Assembly: GCF_964355755.1 (NCBI RefSeq)
Contig: NC_092672.1
Coordinates: 27,658,437 to 27,722,436 of the forward strand
Direction: 5' to 3'
Length of the DNA: 64,000 nt
Origin: Antedon mediterranea
Lineage: Eukaryota > Animalia > Echinodermata
Position numbers and translations under genes: made by a program. The notes beneath the pieces are model-generated. The model saw nothing but the letters and a program-made list of their open reading frames with translations, was not told the origin of the DNA and did no database searches. This document shows positions 38,046-51,295 of this stretch, one piece after another (the first letter of the stretch is position 1; each line of letters starts with the position of its first letter).

Positions 38046-41000
38046 ATGCAATGTAGGTTGCTTATAGCATAGAGATATTATAGTGTATAATAGATAATAG
38101 ATATTATAATACAGTATCTCTATGTTACCAGATATTAAAAAATCCGTGAATATTTATTTAACATAACATGGTTTATTTATTGTTTGGAATACATTATCAA
38201 TAAATAATACAATTTTGCGATGTTACATTTATACTACCTTTTTAGAAAACCAAATCTAATTAGGCTTACTACTAGGCCTAGCCTAGACCTGGTTATAAAC
38301 TGTTACAGTTTTACAGTGATCACATTTGACATTTAATTACCGTACTTATTAAACTATTTAGTATTTACAAAGGATGGGCCTATAGACTAGGTTTCGTTTA
38401 TATTATCATTACTTACTAATGTTATAAAGTTGTAAATTAACTTAATAGTTATAAATGGTCATGATGATGGAGTGAGATCCATTAAATATAACATGCATAT
38501 GTTTTTTTGCTAAATGAATAGTACAGTAGTTTCTAAACCATGTAAATTGTTCACTGTTAGCACGACCTTAATGACAAGCTTTGATCAGAGCCATAAAGAG
38601 TTACGACATTGAAAATTAGAAGCCATTTTTGTGTCAAAGAATTCGCACGCTGAGGGCGCGTGCGTCTCTTTTGTATAGCGTTTTCCTCCTGTAGTTCATG
38701 CATTATTTTTAGATTTTTTTGTCTATGAAATAACGCTTATATTCCGTTTTTATTTTAGTAATTAATTTTATTAATGGTATTAATTTGGTAACATATATAT
38801 ATTGGGTCTATAATAACAATAATTATATTTGTAATAATTTGCCTTTATTTTAATATTGTTCATACCCTATTCAATATATTAACAAATATATCCATGACAC
38901 TTTATTATTTTTTTAAGTCATCAAAGCATGAATTATGAATTGAAAATATTACATAATTGTTATTAATAGGACGTAGTTATGGGATGTTTCGTTCCAAAAT
39001 CAATCAATCGAACTTTATAATGTACTAGCGCACGCGCGCGCAATATTCTTTGCCGCAAGTACTTCTGTACGCTGTGCACATCGATATTTCAACGTAAAAT
39101 GTGCAATTACATTTTTTAAATATAAGAAAAAGTTTAAAGTATTTTCTTGCTCCTATACTTTACATGCATTAACGGAGACAAGTTTGACATAAAATTGATC
39201 TACATATCACGTGACTACAGTATAATCCAATGTCGTAACTCTTTATATATCTGGCTTTGGCTAGATTAATTCGGCACCCGATAAATTCATCATTAAAAAC
39301 ATTCTTGAAATATGAAATAACTCAAGACCTTTACTAATTTGAAAAGGTAACTATGACTCTATCAACATTTTTTTATACAGATTTTAGAAGACTGCATAGC
39401 CTAAAATAACTCAAAACCAAATCATCATCAACTTCTATTTTATAGACACATTTTCGGTGAGTTATTTTTATTTATCATTCACAAAATTGCACTTGTTTGT
39501 TGTTTTAAATGTGCTACAGTACTAACTTAACATGCTGACAATTTACTGGTTTTTTGTGCTAAAACATTATGCCATTTTTATGTTATATGATTTATTCAGT
39601 TTAAAATGAGTCCGGACTCCCTTTTGTAGATGAATATTTAAAAATAAAAAAGTCAACTTGCCAACTCTTCCATGCATTTCCTTAATTAAACAATCAAATG
39701 TATTTCTCCATTTAAATAAGATTTCAATTTGTTTAATTTAAATATTAATTTAAACATTTCAGTTAAAAGTATTTTTACAACAATTTAATATTTTGTTTTC
39801 TCTTTTTACCCCCAAAATAAGTAGTTAGGCCTAACAGTAGAAATTTATTTTTTTTTTACATGGATATACCCAGTGGGTCGTACAGTACATGATTCAATCA
39901 CTTTTATGTTAGTTCGGTGGGGTTTGCTATGTTTTTTGGGAGGTTTGCGGGGTTTAGCAAAACCCATACTGTCAATGTTTTCTCTTTCTCATCTTGGGAA
40001 TACTTTTGGAAAAAATGGAACCAAAAAGTAATTAAGTTAAGCGTTTAAAAGAAAATCAATTTAAACAAAGACTTATGTTAAATTAATAATGTGTTATTTT
40101 TAATTTAATTATAGATGATAGTGAAAGTGATGACAGCATGGCTCAAGAGTCGGTAACAATACATAGTAAGTCATAGTTGCTCTATTTTAAACATTATTAC
40201 AGTACTTGCGAAATAATGTTGTCAAGTATACAGTAGTAGTTGCTAATATTTATACTTTGTTTTTTGGCAAGTTATAGACCAGGGGGCTAACAGGTATATT
40301 CTCACAGACTATGCCTATTGAAATATTTTTTTTATTATTGTAGCAAATGACAAGATAGAAGAAATAACGGAAACATCGGTCGCTTCTCTGTAGGACTCTA
40401 TGATTGGTAATATACCCCTTTTTTAAGTAGCCGTTAACAATTTGTATTTGAAGTTCAATTTTTCTTTCTTTTCTTTTCTTTTATTCAATTTTTTTCACAC
40501 ACAAGTTATGTGAAACAATGATAACAGGTATCATAGTAATAAACAATAAGGTAATCAAACTAATTTGAAAAAAATATATTGGGATACTTGTACTTAAAAA
40601 AAAAACAAAGAAGTGTGAAAAGAGGTCAAATAAGACAAATAATACTAGACGCTTAAAACCAAATGTGCTCATGCACATTAGTACTTATGTGTTCGGCGCG
40701 CGCATAATGTAAAAGTACTGAACTTTCTAAATTATAAGTCGTTTATTTACTAACAACAATTTATGTCATAATGGCATTAATGTTTACTGCTAATACAGAA
40801 TGTTAAAGTTTTAAATGTGTGCATTGTGACTAATAACTCTCATTCAAATTGTTCATCTTTAGAATCGTGTATGCGAGCTCACCCACAAACGATTGAAGCA
40901 ATGTGAGATAGAGATTGCTGAAACACTGAAGCACGCTCCCAACAGACCAGGTGGCTCAAGATACAAGGTAAGAATACATTTAATTTGATTTATCATTTAT

Positions 41001-41594
41001 TTATTTTTTACCATGGCGAAATAACTTATTCCTCCATGCTTTTACGTATCACTCATATTGTAATGATGAAGTTTACTATAGTCCGCATCAGTTTAAAGAC
41101 TAAATAGTTTACAAACTAAAAGATACTAGTCATTATTGTTCAGTTTCACCAAGTGGTATATAAAGCAATAAAACACATTCGTACAATCGCACTCAAACGA
41201 ATAATTAATGTAAAGTTACGGGATACAAATGTTGGAATAAAGTAAATTACAACTAACGTTTGGTACTAATATACTGATAGGGCTTGGTATTTAGACCCAA
41301 CAACACTATCCAATACGAAATAAACATAACAACTACATACTGTAATGTAAATTTAATAGGGAATGTGCAACCACATAAAAAACACCAAATAGTCAATAGC
41401 CAAAATCATTTATAATTTAAACGTGGGGAAAATTCGATTAGAATGACAATAAATTAATTTTGTAAACTAGTAACACTTACAATTTTTTTTTAAAGATTTG
41501 CTGCTAAGAGATCATTTTATTTACCTAGTTTTACAATTTGTTATCTTTTCAGGAACGGAATGTGCCAGACAGCAGAGAGGAGGACGACTTATAG
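38046..41594 (+). pseudogene. Decayed spliced accessory gene of the CMC element (C-terminus resembles DUF4806/BEN-like TE proteins)
   Basis: Exon-like 38040-52, 40115-65, 40344-406, 40863-967, 41553-94; EIEIAETLKHAPNRPGGSRYK|ERNVPDSREEDDL*; in-frame stop and frameshift; AATAAA at 41781. Confidence 0.5.
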
Positions 41595-42299
41595 GCAAAT
41601 TTGGTCATTCCCGTTTAAGAACAATGTTTCTCATTATCGATCTCCGTATCATCGAGAACGGGTAATTACTGCTGGTTCTCGTTACTGATCAAAAATAGCG
41701 AAAGCTCTCTAATAATAATCAAGTTCCTACCTCTTAAGCTATTTGCAATACTGTATGTCTTTTTTTTAATCAGATAATAGAATAAATCAAAAACAATATT
41801 TCATTTTAAATTGCTTGTTTTTATGTCTTATACAGTACTAACTACATGTTTTAACAAATACCGAGCTATGTAACGCGTATATCTGCAGAACACTATATAT
41901 AATATGTGGTAACGTTAGCCAAATCGTTGTATATAACTAAGTATTACATTTTCAGGACGTCAAATATGGACGTTATAAATACGTCGTCAGTGGTAAAAAG
42001 TTTATGATGTAACATTATCAAACTACGATTTGAAAATGTATCTGGTACGTTATAAATGAACGTTACTAGTTCGTATGTGCGAAAGTCATAATTACGCCTT
42101 ACATACGTTATTTAAAAACATTGAGAACGTTAAAAACACGTAGCAAATACGTCATTTACAAACGTAGAAGGCACGTTCCTAACACGTTATTTGTGAACAT
42201 TTTTAGGACGTTATAAAAACGCGTTGCATACGTTATGTATGAATGTTATTTTGGACGTTAAAAACATGTTGCAAACACGTCATTTACAAACATTACATA

Positions 42300-43100
42300 A
42301 AACGTTAAAAAAACGTCTAGGACACGTTTTTTATCAACGTTATTGCAGAAGTTGTATATACGTTTTGAATACGTTATTTATGAACATTATTGATGACGTT
42401 CAAAAGACGTTATAAACACGTTATTTTGAATGTTATTTTGGACGTTATAAAGTCGTATAAAAAGGTCAACAATTCTTCGTTCGTGCAACGTTATTGTAGA
42501 AGTTATAAATACGTATTTAACACGTTATTTCTGAACATTATTGAGGACGTTCAAAAAACGTTATAAACACGTTATTTTGAACGTTATTTTGGACGTTAAA
42601 AAGTCGTATAAAAAGGTCGACATTTTCTCGTTCGTGCAACGTTATTGTAGAAGTTATAAATACGTATTTAACACGTTATTTCTGAACATTATTGAGGACG
42701 TTCAAAAAACGTTATAAACACGTTATTTTGAACGTTATTTTGGACGTTAAAAAGTCGTATAAAAAGGTCGACATTTTCTCGTTCGTGCAACGTTATTGTA
42801 GAAGTTATAAATACGTATTTAACACGTTATTTCTGAACATTATTGAGGACGTTCAAAAAACGTTATAAACACGTTATTTTGAACGTTATTTTGGACGTTA
42901 AAAAGTCGTATAAAAAGGTCGACATTTTCTCGTTCGTGCAACGTTATTGTAGAAGTTATAAATACGTATTTAACACGTTATTTCTGAACATTATTGAGGA
43001 CGTTCAAAAAACGTTATAAACACGTTATTTTGAACGTTATTTTGGACGTTATAAAGTCGTATAAAAAGGTCGACATTTTTGCGTTCGTACAACGTTATTA
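42300..43100. repeat. 151-bp tandem array (about 5 copies), right subterminal array
   Basis: aagtcgtataaaaaggtc at about 42450, 42601, 42752, 42903, 43054. Confidence 0.92.
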
Positions 43101-44740
43101 GAAAACGTTTTTATAACCAAAAAATAACGTAATTATAACGTTACCAAAACGTAAAATTGTTTGCTGGGATAGCATCTACAATTCTAAGCCAATAACAATA
43201 TAGTATTTTATCTGGTATATTGATGAAGTAAGCCTACACTAGGGTCTTCACAATAACGTACAATGTAATTTAATAACTGTTTTCAATAAACATTATACTC
43301 AGTGGCGTGAGGCAGAGGCCAGCAAGGTTAAATGTCGTTGCACATGTGCAGTAAACAATATATTAGGCACGCGACCGTTTCGTTGTTACCATGCGGTTAA
43401 TTAAAGATGTATTGTCCCTTTGACTAATTCTAAAAAAATAAAAAATAAAAGATTTCGAAAAAAGGTGGCTCATTTTGAAGTATCATAATAATTATTAACT
43501 TTCACCAAAAATTTTTCGAAAAAAAAAAAAAATTACTTTGACTTCCAGTCAAGGTGAAGTTTTCGATCAAAACATATCCCATAATGAAACGCGCTTGTTT
43601 GGCTACTCTGTATGCATAATCATAAAACTTCCTTATGATCTGTGTGAAAATACCTTCTCAACCGTGACGAGTTGTAAACAATCCTAATTAGCATATGCAT
43701 AATGCGTACTCATGGTTTGAAATCTTTGTTTACTTTCGCTCGCGACGATTTTCCAGATAAAATGTAATCAAACTAATTTACCTGTTAATTACGTAAACTT
43801 GTTGTTTTTAGCTCGAATTTTCGACTTAAAGTGAATAACTTTAATATTACTTTGATATGGCCACTTTAAATTTAAAATATTTTGACCTTCATTTTTGTGT
43901 TTCAAGGGACAATACATCTTTAAACTGTAACATTGTGGGCGGTCCGCGCTTGATCTCACGTTGATGCATACTATCCTTCTATTCTTTAATCCATGGTTCA
44001 ACTTTAAAAAAATTTTTAACGATTTTTAATGTTGATTTGTACCCCCTTTTCCTGTAAAATCGTTGATAAAATCGTATGTAAATGGGTGGATAATATATAT
44101 ATGATTTCTTTTTCTATGTTTTTGTAACTATTATTTTATGTTTATTGCCGAAATGAATAAAATAAATAAAAAATATATATATATATTACAAAAGGGGAAA
44201 ACCGGGGCCGACCCGCCCGCGATTTTTTTTTTCGTACATAAGTTGGGGACCCCCTCCCCTAAATCCGCCCCTGCCAACGACCCGGGCGACCTCGAATTGG
44301 ACGACCTAGAATTGGACAACCCATCATTCTAAAGATTCTGAACAGATATGGAACGCCAAGAGTGCATCATTAAAACTGCATTCGACTCGATTAGCACACG
44401 AAATATCATAAACATGGCAAACCAGGTCAAAACGACCCCTTTTTCAGCGGTGGGTAAGGTTTGACTGTATACAATGCATGTGTGAAATGTAAAGCTTTTA
44501 CATAGATCTGGCAACATAAAATGTAGTCATATTGTTGGCCGACATCTTGGGGCAAACATACCTTGATTTGATTTTATTTGATTTTATTATTTGGGTTAAC
44601 GATGACCAATCCACTGAGCAACCCAGCCTAGGAAATTCTTTCACTGATATCTTAATCTAGGCTTTACACTAAAGTCAAACATTACATTAAATTGTTTTTA
44701 TATTAAAATTAATGTATCCAAACCCATACACATACAGTAA

Positions 44741-45545
44741 ATAGGTGTCAGACAAGAAGAGACATTATCACCTAAAATCTTCAGCATAGAATCTGAATCT
44801 TGAGGAAAATGGAATCAACATTTTTTATTTCAACAATATTTTATGAGGGTGGTCCATCCAGCATTGACAGAGAAAGTGGAATTGACCTTAGATTTGCGGA
44901 TGCTCTGACAACTACATCAGTCGAGGATATGGAAATCTATCTAATAAATAGAGAAAGTAAGAATATTGGCTTAAAAATAGGCCTACACAAAGGAAAAACA
45001 TAGTAGGCCCTATTTACAAATAATTATAACATAGAGATTGAAAATGACAAGTATCTGCGCCAGACAGTTAAAATGGTTGAGATGAAGTTCTTATCAGAGT
45101 AAAGGCTGGCCGGAGCTGCTTTGGCAGACATCCTGTGTGACAGGAAAACCGCAATAGTACACAGAAGGCGGATTTTCAACCCATGTGTGCTTCCTACAAT
45201 GACATGTGAAGGTTGTGAATCCTGGACTTCAACTAAGTTTAGAGAACAAAATCTCATCACTGTACAAAGAGCGATGGAAAGACAAATGGGGTCACAGTAT
45301 GTAACAAAATAAACATAGGACTAAGGGACAAAGTAAAAGAAGCCAAATGGTGATGGGCTGGTCATATAGCAAGAAGAGAGGACAACAGATGGACCAACAA
45401 TTGACAGAATGGTAGGCGAAAATCGGCAAAACAAGAAGGGGAAGACAAAAACACAGATGGTTGAATGACATATCTTATTTAGAAACTAATTGGGCTAGGA
45501 CAGCACAGAACCGAAAGGAATGGCAAAGACTTGGTCTAAATCCGA
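44741..45545 (+). mobile_element. Degenerate RTE-clade LINE (RT and C-terminal remnants)
   Basis: GVRQEETLSPKIF, LRFAD, SKNIGLKI, RIFNPCVLPTMT..CESW, VQRAMERQM, WAGHIARREDNRWT, TAQNRKEW with stops and frameshifts. Confidence 0.85.
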
Positions 45546-46925
45546 CAGGTGATAATGGTCTCATGAATTCTCCGTTTCTGTTACAACCAATTTTAAATAG
45601 CGTAGCATAAATCTAAGATCACGTTGAGGTGGTGAAAAAAGACAAAAACAAAAATAACCAAAACTGGCGTCTCAAGATCTGCTATACGCCACTGATTGAA
45701 ACATTTATATTTTACTATTTTTAGCTAAGACCTCGAAAATACGTCTTGTTGGTAGTAGTTTAGCTAATCAAGGACGCGTAGAAGTTAGATAATGGTGGAT
45801 TTACTGCAAAAGGCTGGCAAATGTTTTATTAAATGGTTTACTATAACTGTAAACCGTTTTTCAGTTTTTATTGTGATGATTTAATTTCCGATTTTTCTAT
45901 GTTTTTTTTTTGTACTGACGTATTATTGACATTTTACTATAAATAAAATATATGTTGTAACCTAAATTAAAATGTCTTGAATGTTGATATTTATTTATAA
46001 TTATATTGTTTGAAGATGTACGTTTAAAAAGCAATCTACTGTATGAATGTTATAGATTCATTATTAAATGTGAATTTTAAAATCTAAATACCATCACAAC
46101 CAGCAATAAAAAGTGTTTCTAAAGGTGAGCAAAAAGTCAAAAGATAAAAGAAACAGACAATTCGGAAAATGCATTGTACATTCGATACTGTGTAAATAAT
46201 TTGTCTTTTATTTCAGTCACATTTGATAATTGCTCAAGAGATGAAACAATACGTATCACTGACTTAGTATTTTTTTTTATTTGTCATATATACTGTGATA
46301 ATGAAACATTTTTTGGACTTAATAATTTTTGTTATTTTTGGCAATGAATATTCTGAATAAAAAGGTATAAGAATGATGGATTTTATAAGTTATAAGATTA
46401 AGCCCGAACATTTCTTTATTTGCATTACTTTAAGTAATCATGGATATTTAATAGTATATGTTTAGAATTATCGAAAGTGAAATGACATTGTACACTTTTT
46501 TATTGCATTATTTCATTTGTTCTGTGTGTTTTTAGAGAATTGATAATACACTTTCTTTTATATTTTCTCTCTTTAATATTTTTCCATCTTTTTAGATTTC
46601 ATTAAGAGCCAAATATGTTAATATACAAATACTGTAGTATGAAACTTGGAATGTCTAATGCTAGGCCATGCAAACTTTAGCGTTCGGATTTAGACCACGG
46701 TAGCAGATCAGTTAGAGACAGTGCACTTTACGGGTGAATTATCCATTGCACAATGCGCGGGCCTATTGTTGATCAATAGTGTCAATTTTCAACGAAATGC
46801 TGACCTTAAAAAGATAACAATTAGAAATAAAAAAAGCTTAAAAATCTGTGCTCTGCGAGTAGCACAGATCTTAAAATATGCATCCTCCATGTACATGTAT
46901 TGAAATTTGGTTAACTCAGCCTTAA

Positions 46926-47212
46926 AGGACAACATGACCGAGAACCATATTTTAACAACGTATTAGCGATGTACATTATGATTTCAGAACAATCGCGAGA
47001 TTTAGGATATCGCCACACGCGCTCGCCGTACAGACGTCGCCGTAAATTGCTGTTACGTCACAAGTGCATGGCAAAATCTACCTCATGAGTTTTTGCCATG
47101 CACTTGTGAGTGTAGAGCGAGTGCACGCTACGATATCGTAAATCTCGCGATTGTTCTGAAATTATATGTACACCCCAATACGTTGTTAAATATGGTTCGA
47201 TGACGTTGTCTA
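46926..47212. mobile_element. Palindromic TTAA-target MITE (Kolobok-like)
   Basis: TTAA|AGGACAAC...GTTGTCTA|TTAA; almost fully self-complementary. Confidence 0.65.
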
Positions 47213-47740
47213 TTAAGTGCTATAGTATGGGCGTGTTGCATTATACTGCAAGATATTTAATTGTTGCTAGGCGTTATACGGCAATAACATCGACTGCTTG
47301 TTCACTGAGCAACCACACCCTGTTCTGTTTTATCATGTCGTAGATAGCTTTCACTTTATTCACATATTAATTATATTTAAACAAATCAGCGATTGGACTA
47401 GAGACGTCACCACTCCTTACATCCTGAATGCGCGCGCATGTAGTTTATCAAAATAATAACAGGCATTCTTATGTTTTTAATGTCTTTACTTTATATTTCT
47501 AACTACCTACGTATTGCTGATGTTTGTCTGCTTGTTTATATTCTCAGCACAGTGAAGTTTAACGTTTGAAATACTCATGATTCTCAAAGTCAGGTTACAA
47601 TAACGCTTATTCCAGGGTGCGTCTAGAGTCTCTGGGTGCGCCTTCTTCCTCACTTTAGACCTCCTATACATAGGCTGTGCTAATGTATGTTTCACATTGT
47701 TTTTAATGTAACAAATGTTTTACTTGTTTAAGTTATGGGA

Positions 47741-48822
47741 CCGGCCGCGATTTTTTTTTTCGTACATAAGTAGGGGACCCCTCATGAAACGTCACAAAAT
47801 AAACATGAATAATTCATCAGTTAAATTTGTTGTTCCGTGTGCACCCAAGCGTATAGCAACAAGAAGTGATTACACAACTGCGATACGATACTTTCTACAG
47901 TAGGCCTAGGATTCTAAGTCAATTCACGTGATTGCCTTCGCGCACTCTTCTTCACACAAAATGTGTCGAGTCGAGGCTAATCGACAGCTAGGCAAGACAT
48001 TAAACTAAGTAGTAATTCATTGGACATAGCCCAAAGAAAGCTTAGACCCACAAGAATAAAGAATGTGTATAATTTGTGTACTGTATTTTTTTTAATTCTG
48101 CTATTTTATTATCAAATAATATGCATGTACTCAAGGGAACTTAAAAAATGCGCGTATATGAACACATGAGATGGGAAGATTAGACCCACGAGAATAAAAA
48201 ATGTATTTTTGTGTAATGTTTATTGTTTAATTTTGCTGACTTATAGTACTCGGATTGTGTCATACCAACACACACCCACACAGCTACTACTAGAATAGAC
48301 ATGGGTTTAGAGACTAATAATTAGGCCTAATACAGACATTAAGTATCCCGGACAATTGAAAACAAAGAAAGACATGAAACAACTTAAAGAACTAGCCAAT
48401 GAAAGATCAGACTGGAAGAAACTAGTAAAAGAGATTTACGGAGCAGCCCAAGCGGAAATGTCGGCAGACTTTTCAGCGGAAAGGCAGTAATAATAATAAT
48501 ATAATAGTATTAATAGAAACTATAATTTTAACACGTAATTCTTTAGTAATAAATTATATTAAAAACACCACAAACTAAAGGCTGATTATTTCGACAATCC
48601 ACACAAAACGCCGCTATTCTTCTATGAAATCGCACGCCGCAACAACAGCGGAGATAGGCCTAGAATCGTTCCGCACTTGCTTGTGTAATCACTTCTTGTT
48701 GCTATACGCTTGGGTGCACACGGAACAAGAAAATTTAACTGATGAATTATTCATGTTTATTTTGTGACGTTTCATGAGGGGGTCCCCAACTTATGTACGA
48801 AAAAAAAAATCGCGGACCGGCC
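47741..48822. mobile_element. Monomeric long-TIR element (family triplicated at 20560-24150)
   Basis: About 140-bp inverted ends ccgcgatttttttttcgtacataag...catgaaacgtcac. Confidence 0.75.
48333..48501 (+). mobile_element. 5'-truncated RTE/RTEX LINE 3' end
   Basis: QLKTKKDMKQLKELANERSDWKKLVKEIY...Q* then (TAA)n; absent from paralogous copies of the host element. Confidence 0.7.
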
Positions 48823-49285
48823 TACTATTATTTTCATTTGTGGCTTGCGTCGAATTTAACAATAACAGTGATGCAATTCAAGTTTTAAGTATATATATTT
48901 TTAAATATGTTTGTTTTAATTTAGTTAATTCTATACATTATAATAAACATTTATTTTGCAAGGTTATATTACATATTAGTGACATCAGTTTGTCGCCAAC
49001 ACGTTTTATTAATATGCAGATACCATGCAAAATGGTCGGATTTGGTTCTGAACGTGAAGGAATGAACTTGCACTTTAAAAAGGACAAGCAAATCGTCAAT
49101 GGTATTAGTTAAATATATAATCAATGCACCATGGTGAATAAGCAGTAGTGAGTATGTTTCTATATTAATTTAAACAAGGTTTCCATTATATTTTCGTCGC
49201 ATTATATAGTCTGTATTTAATTGCTCTTGTTTATGTTTGTCCACCAGTCGGCGTTTATATTGTCTAGATTGTAGTATTATAAGTA

Positions 49286-50821
49286 GTATACGAAGTCACG
49301 ATAGTCAACGCACAGTTTGAAATTCCGTTGCTCCTCCATCGATGGCTGCCAAACATCAAGAACCCATTGTATGTCTTTGCTGTTGTAACAGACAAACACG
49401 TCATACCGAATATTTTCTCCGTTGATGGGAGGAGGTCATTAGTTGCAAATTCGCTGGTATTGTTTACGAAGGCGCCGTCGTTGGTTCCAAAGCCAACATT
49501 GAAATAAATAAAATTCATTGAATATTAACATAATGCAACATAATTCATAAAATAATTGCATCTGGCTTCTGCTTTTAGTATATTAACTTACTTACAATTA
49601 AATGATCTTTAGCAATATATTTGATTTGAAGATTGAAAAAAAAGAAAAACGTACAGTTTAAAAATTTATAAAATGCTACATTTAATATTATTATTATTAT
49701 TATTTATTCAGACAAAAGATACATTTTACAAAATATAATACAAATCAACAAATTAAACAAACACAACGCAAATGAAATATAAAATCATAGTCACTAGCTG
49801 ACAGGAAAGCACAAAAGCAGCCTAAGCCACTGTCACCAATTAGGTATGTACCTCCAACCAATGAATAATTATTACAAATAATTTATATAATATAGATGAT
49901 GATAAAGTTAATATCTTAAAAGAATAACTTAATTATATTAAGCCTATAGCTTATATGCTAAATTAAATTATAAATAAACAACTATAAAATAAAATATGTT
50001 TTAACTGATAATAATAAATTGAGTGCAAAGTACTTTAATATGATTAAATAGGTCTATATTAAAGGGGAGTACCGGGTTTAAAATGAATAGTTTGTCTCTT
50101 GAACGGTAAAAGTTTCAATTTATATAAGCGCCCAGTGAAGCATGCCTGGCATCGTCACGTGATAATCAGATACAGTATACAATACCAAACTGGTCGGGTC
50201 GAGTATACACCGTCTATAATCACAACATGAACGATGTACAGTATTTGATTGAAGGTCGACTCGACCTACCGGAATGGTATAGCTAATATAGCTCGAATGA
50301 GAGAGTTGGAATATTTGTAAACATAAGTATTGCTAATTATAACTAGTCTATAGTAAAACCCAGAATTCCCCTTTAAAAGTCTGTTGAAAAAAAAACTAAC
50401 TAATCAGATATCGATATTTAACTTTTTGTTTTTTTGCGTATACATAATAGCAGGCATTTATAATACCTTACCTTATTAGAATCTGTAGCGGTAAAAGACT
50501 GCACACACAATTACAACAATAAGCCCAGCCGAAACAGATGGAATTGTATATTTAAAGATTTTTTTCAAATTTGCTGCAGTTTAGTTCATCCGGATTAAAG
50601 TCCATTATTTGCTTGTATTCTTTTTCTTGATAAGGGATACATTTTGTGGTGTTGATGTTTTGAAGTGTAACATTCGTTTTCCCAATCCATTTTCTAAACC
50701 ACACTAAATCACAGTTACACAAATAATTGTTGTACGCCAAATTTAGAAGCTGTAATTGAGTCCGATTTTGGAGTCCAACATCCTCTGTGATTGTAGTCAG
50801 CAAGTTGTTATCTAGAGTCAT
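49286..50821 (-). pseudogene. Toll-like receptor pseudogene fragment: LRR-LRRCT-TM (50821-50470), intron, juxtamembrane plus N-terminal TIR (49500-49286)
   Basis: LNLAYNNYLCNCDLVWF...C; after a frameshift KYTIPSVSAGLIVVIVCAVFYRYRF; donor GTAAGG; then CWLWNQRRRLRKQYQRI and YDVFVCYNSKDIQWVL..EEQRNFKLCVDYRDF; stops and truncation. Confidence 0.85.
50063..50372. mobile_element. TTAA-target MITE in the TLR intron
   Basis: TTAA|AGGGGAGT..CGGGTTT ... AAACCCAGAATTCCCCT|TTAA. Confidence 0.55.
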
Positions 50822-51295
50822 TCGTTGTAATTACGATGAACCTTTAAATACGAATAGTGGTATACTGGTAATCTTCCTTTTTATCCAATTATTTAAATGT
50901 TTTATATATTATAATGTTATATTTATGTATTTGTTTTTTAATTGTTGGATAAATAAAGAAAGAAATGATAATGATATGACTCATTTCCTTATCCATACAC
51001 TATTCCAGTGATTACAGCACCCTATTGAAACGGAATGACTGCAGGTGTCCAGGTAACATCATCGCCCACCTATAGTCCAGATATTGTTGTAAACTTTGGA
51101 GTAAATGCACATCGTCGGCCACTGGTAAAACGGATGTTACGTGTGGATTTTCTTTAACATTTCTTGGTGAGTGTATTATTATTGTCATCACCATAGTGGT
51201 ACATTATTATTATTATTGTTACACATCATCATCAACCTCATCTTTAACAATTTCTTTTTTATAATCTTTCTTTTTAAAAATATTATAATTATCAG

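Larger units (their letters stand above)
25939..43168. mobile_element. 17.2-kb non-autonomous EnSpm/CACTA (CMC)-type element
   Basis: TIR CCCAGCAAACA...TGTTTGCTGGG, 2-bp TSD AT, AACGT-rich subterminal arrays at both ends; no transposase seen. Confidence 0.8.
24855..43995. mobile_element. Non-autonomous P-superfamily element (about 1.9 kb without its insert)
   Basis: Perfect 24-bp TIR CATGGATTAAAGAATAGAAGGATA; 7-bp TSD GTTCAAC (24848-54, 43996-44002). Confidence 0.78.
24225..44273. mobile_element. Non-autonomous TIR element (CAGGGGCGGA...TCCGCCCCTG), about 0.9 kb once inner insertions are removed; superfamily unassigned
   Basis: 5-bp TSD CCAAC (24220-24, 44274-78); both flanks continue the same gacctcRaattggac motif. 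Confidence 0.7.

Noticed and set aside
37701-38072. 123-aa ORF
   Set aside because: Runs across a promoter-like region and splice sites, GTG start, no domain.
49264-49518. Listed 84-aa minus-strand ORF as a gene
   Set aside because: The real signal (TIR) is in a different minus frame.
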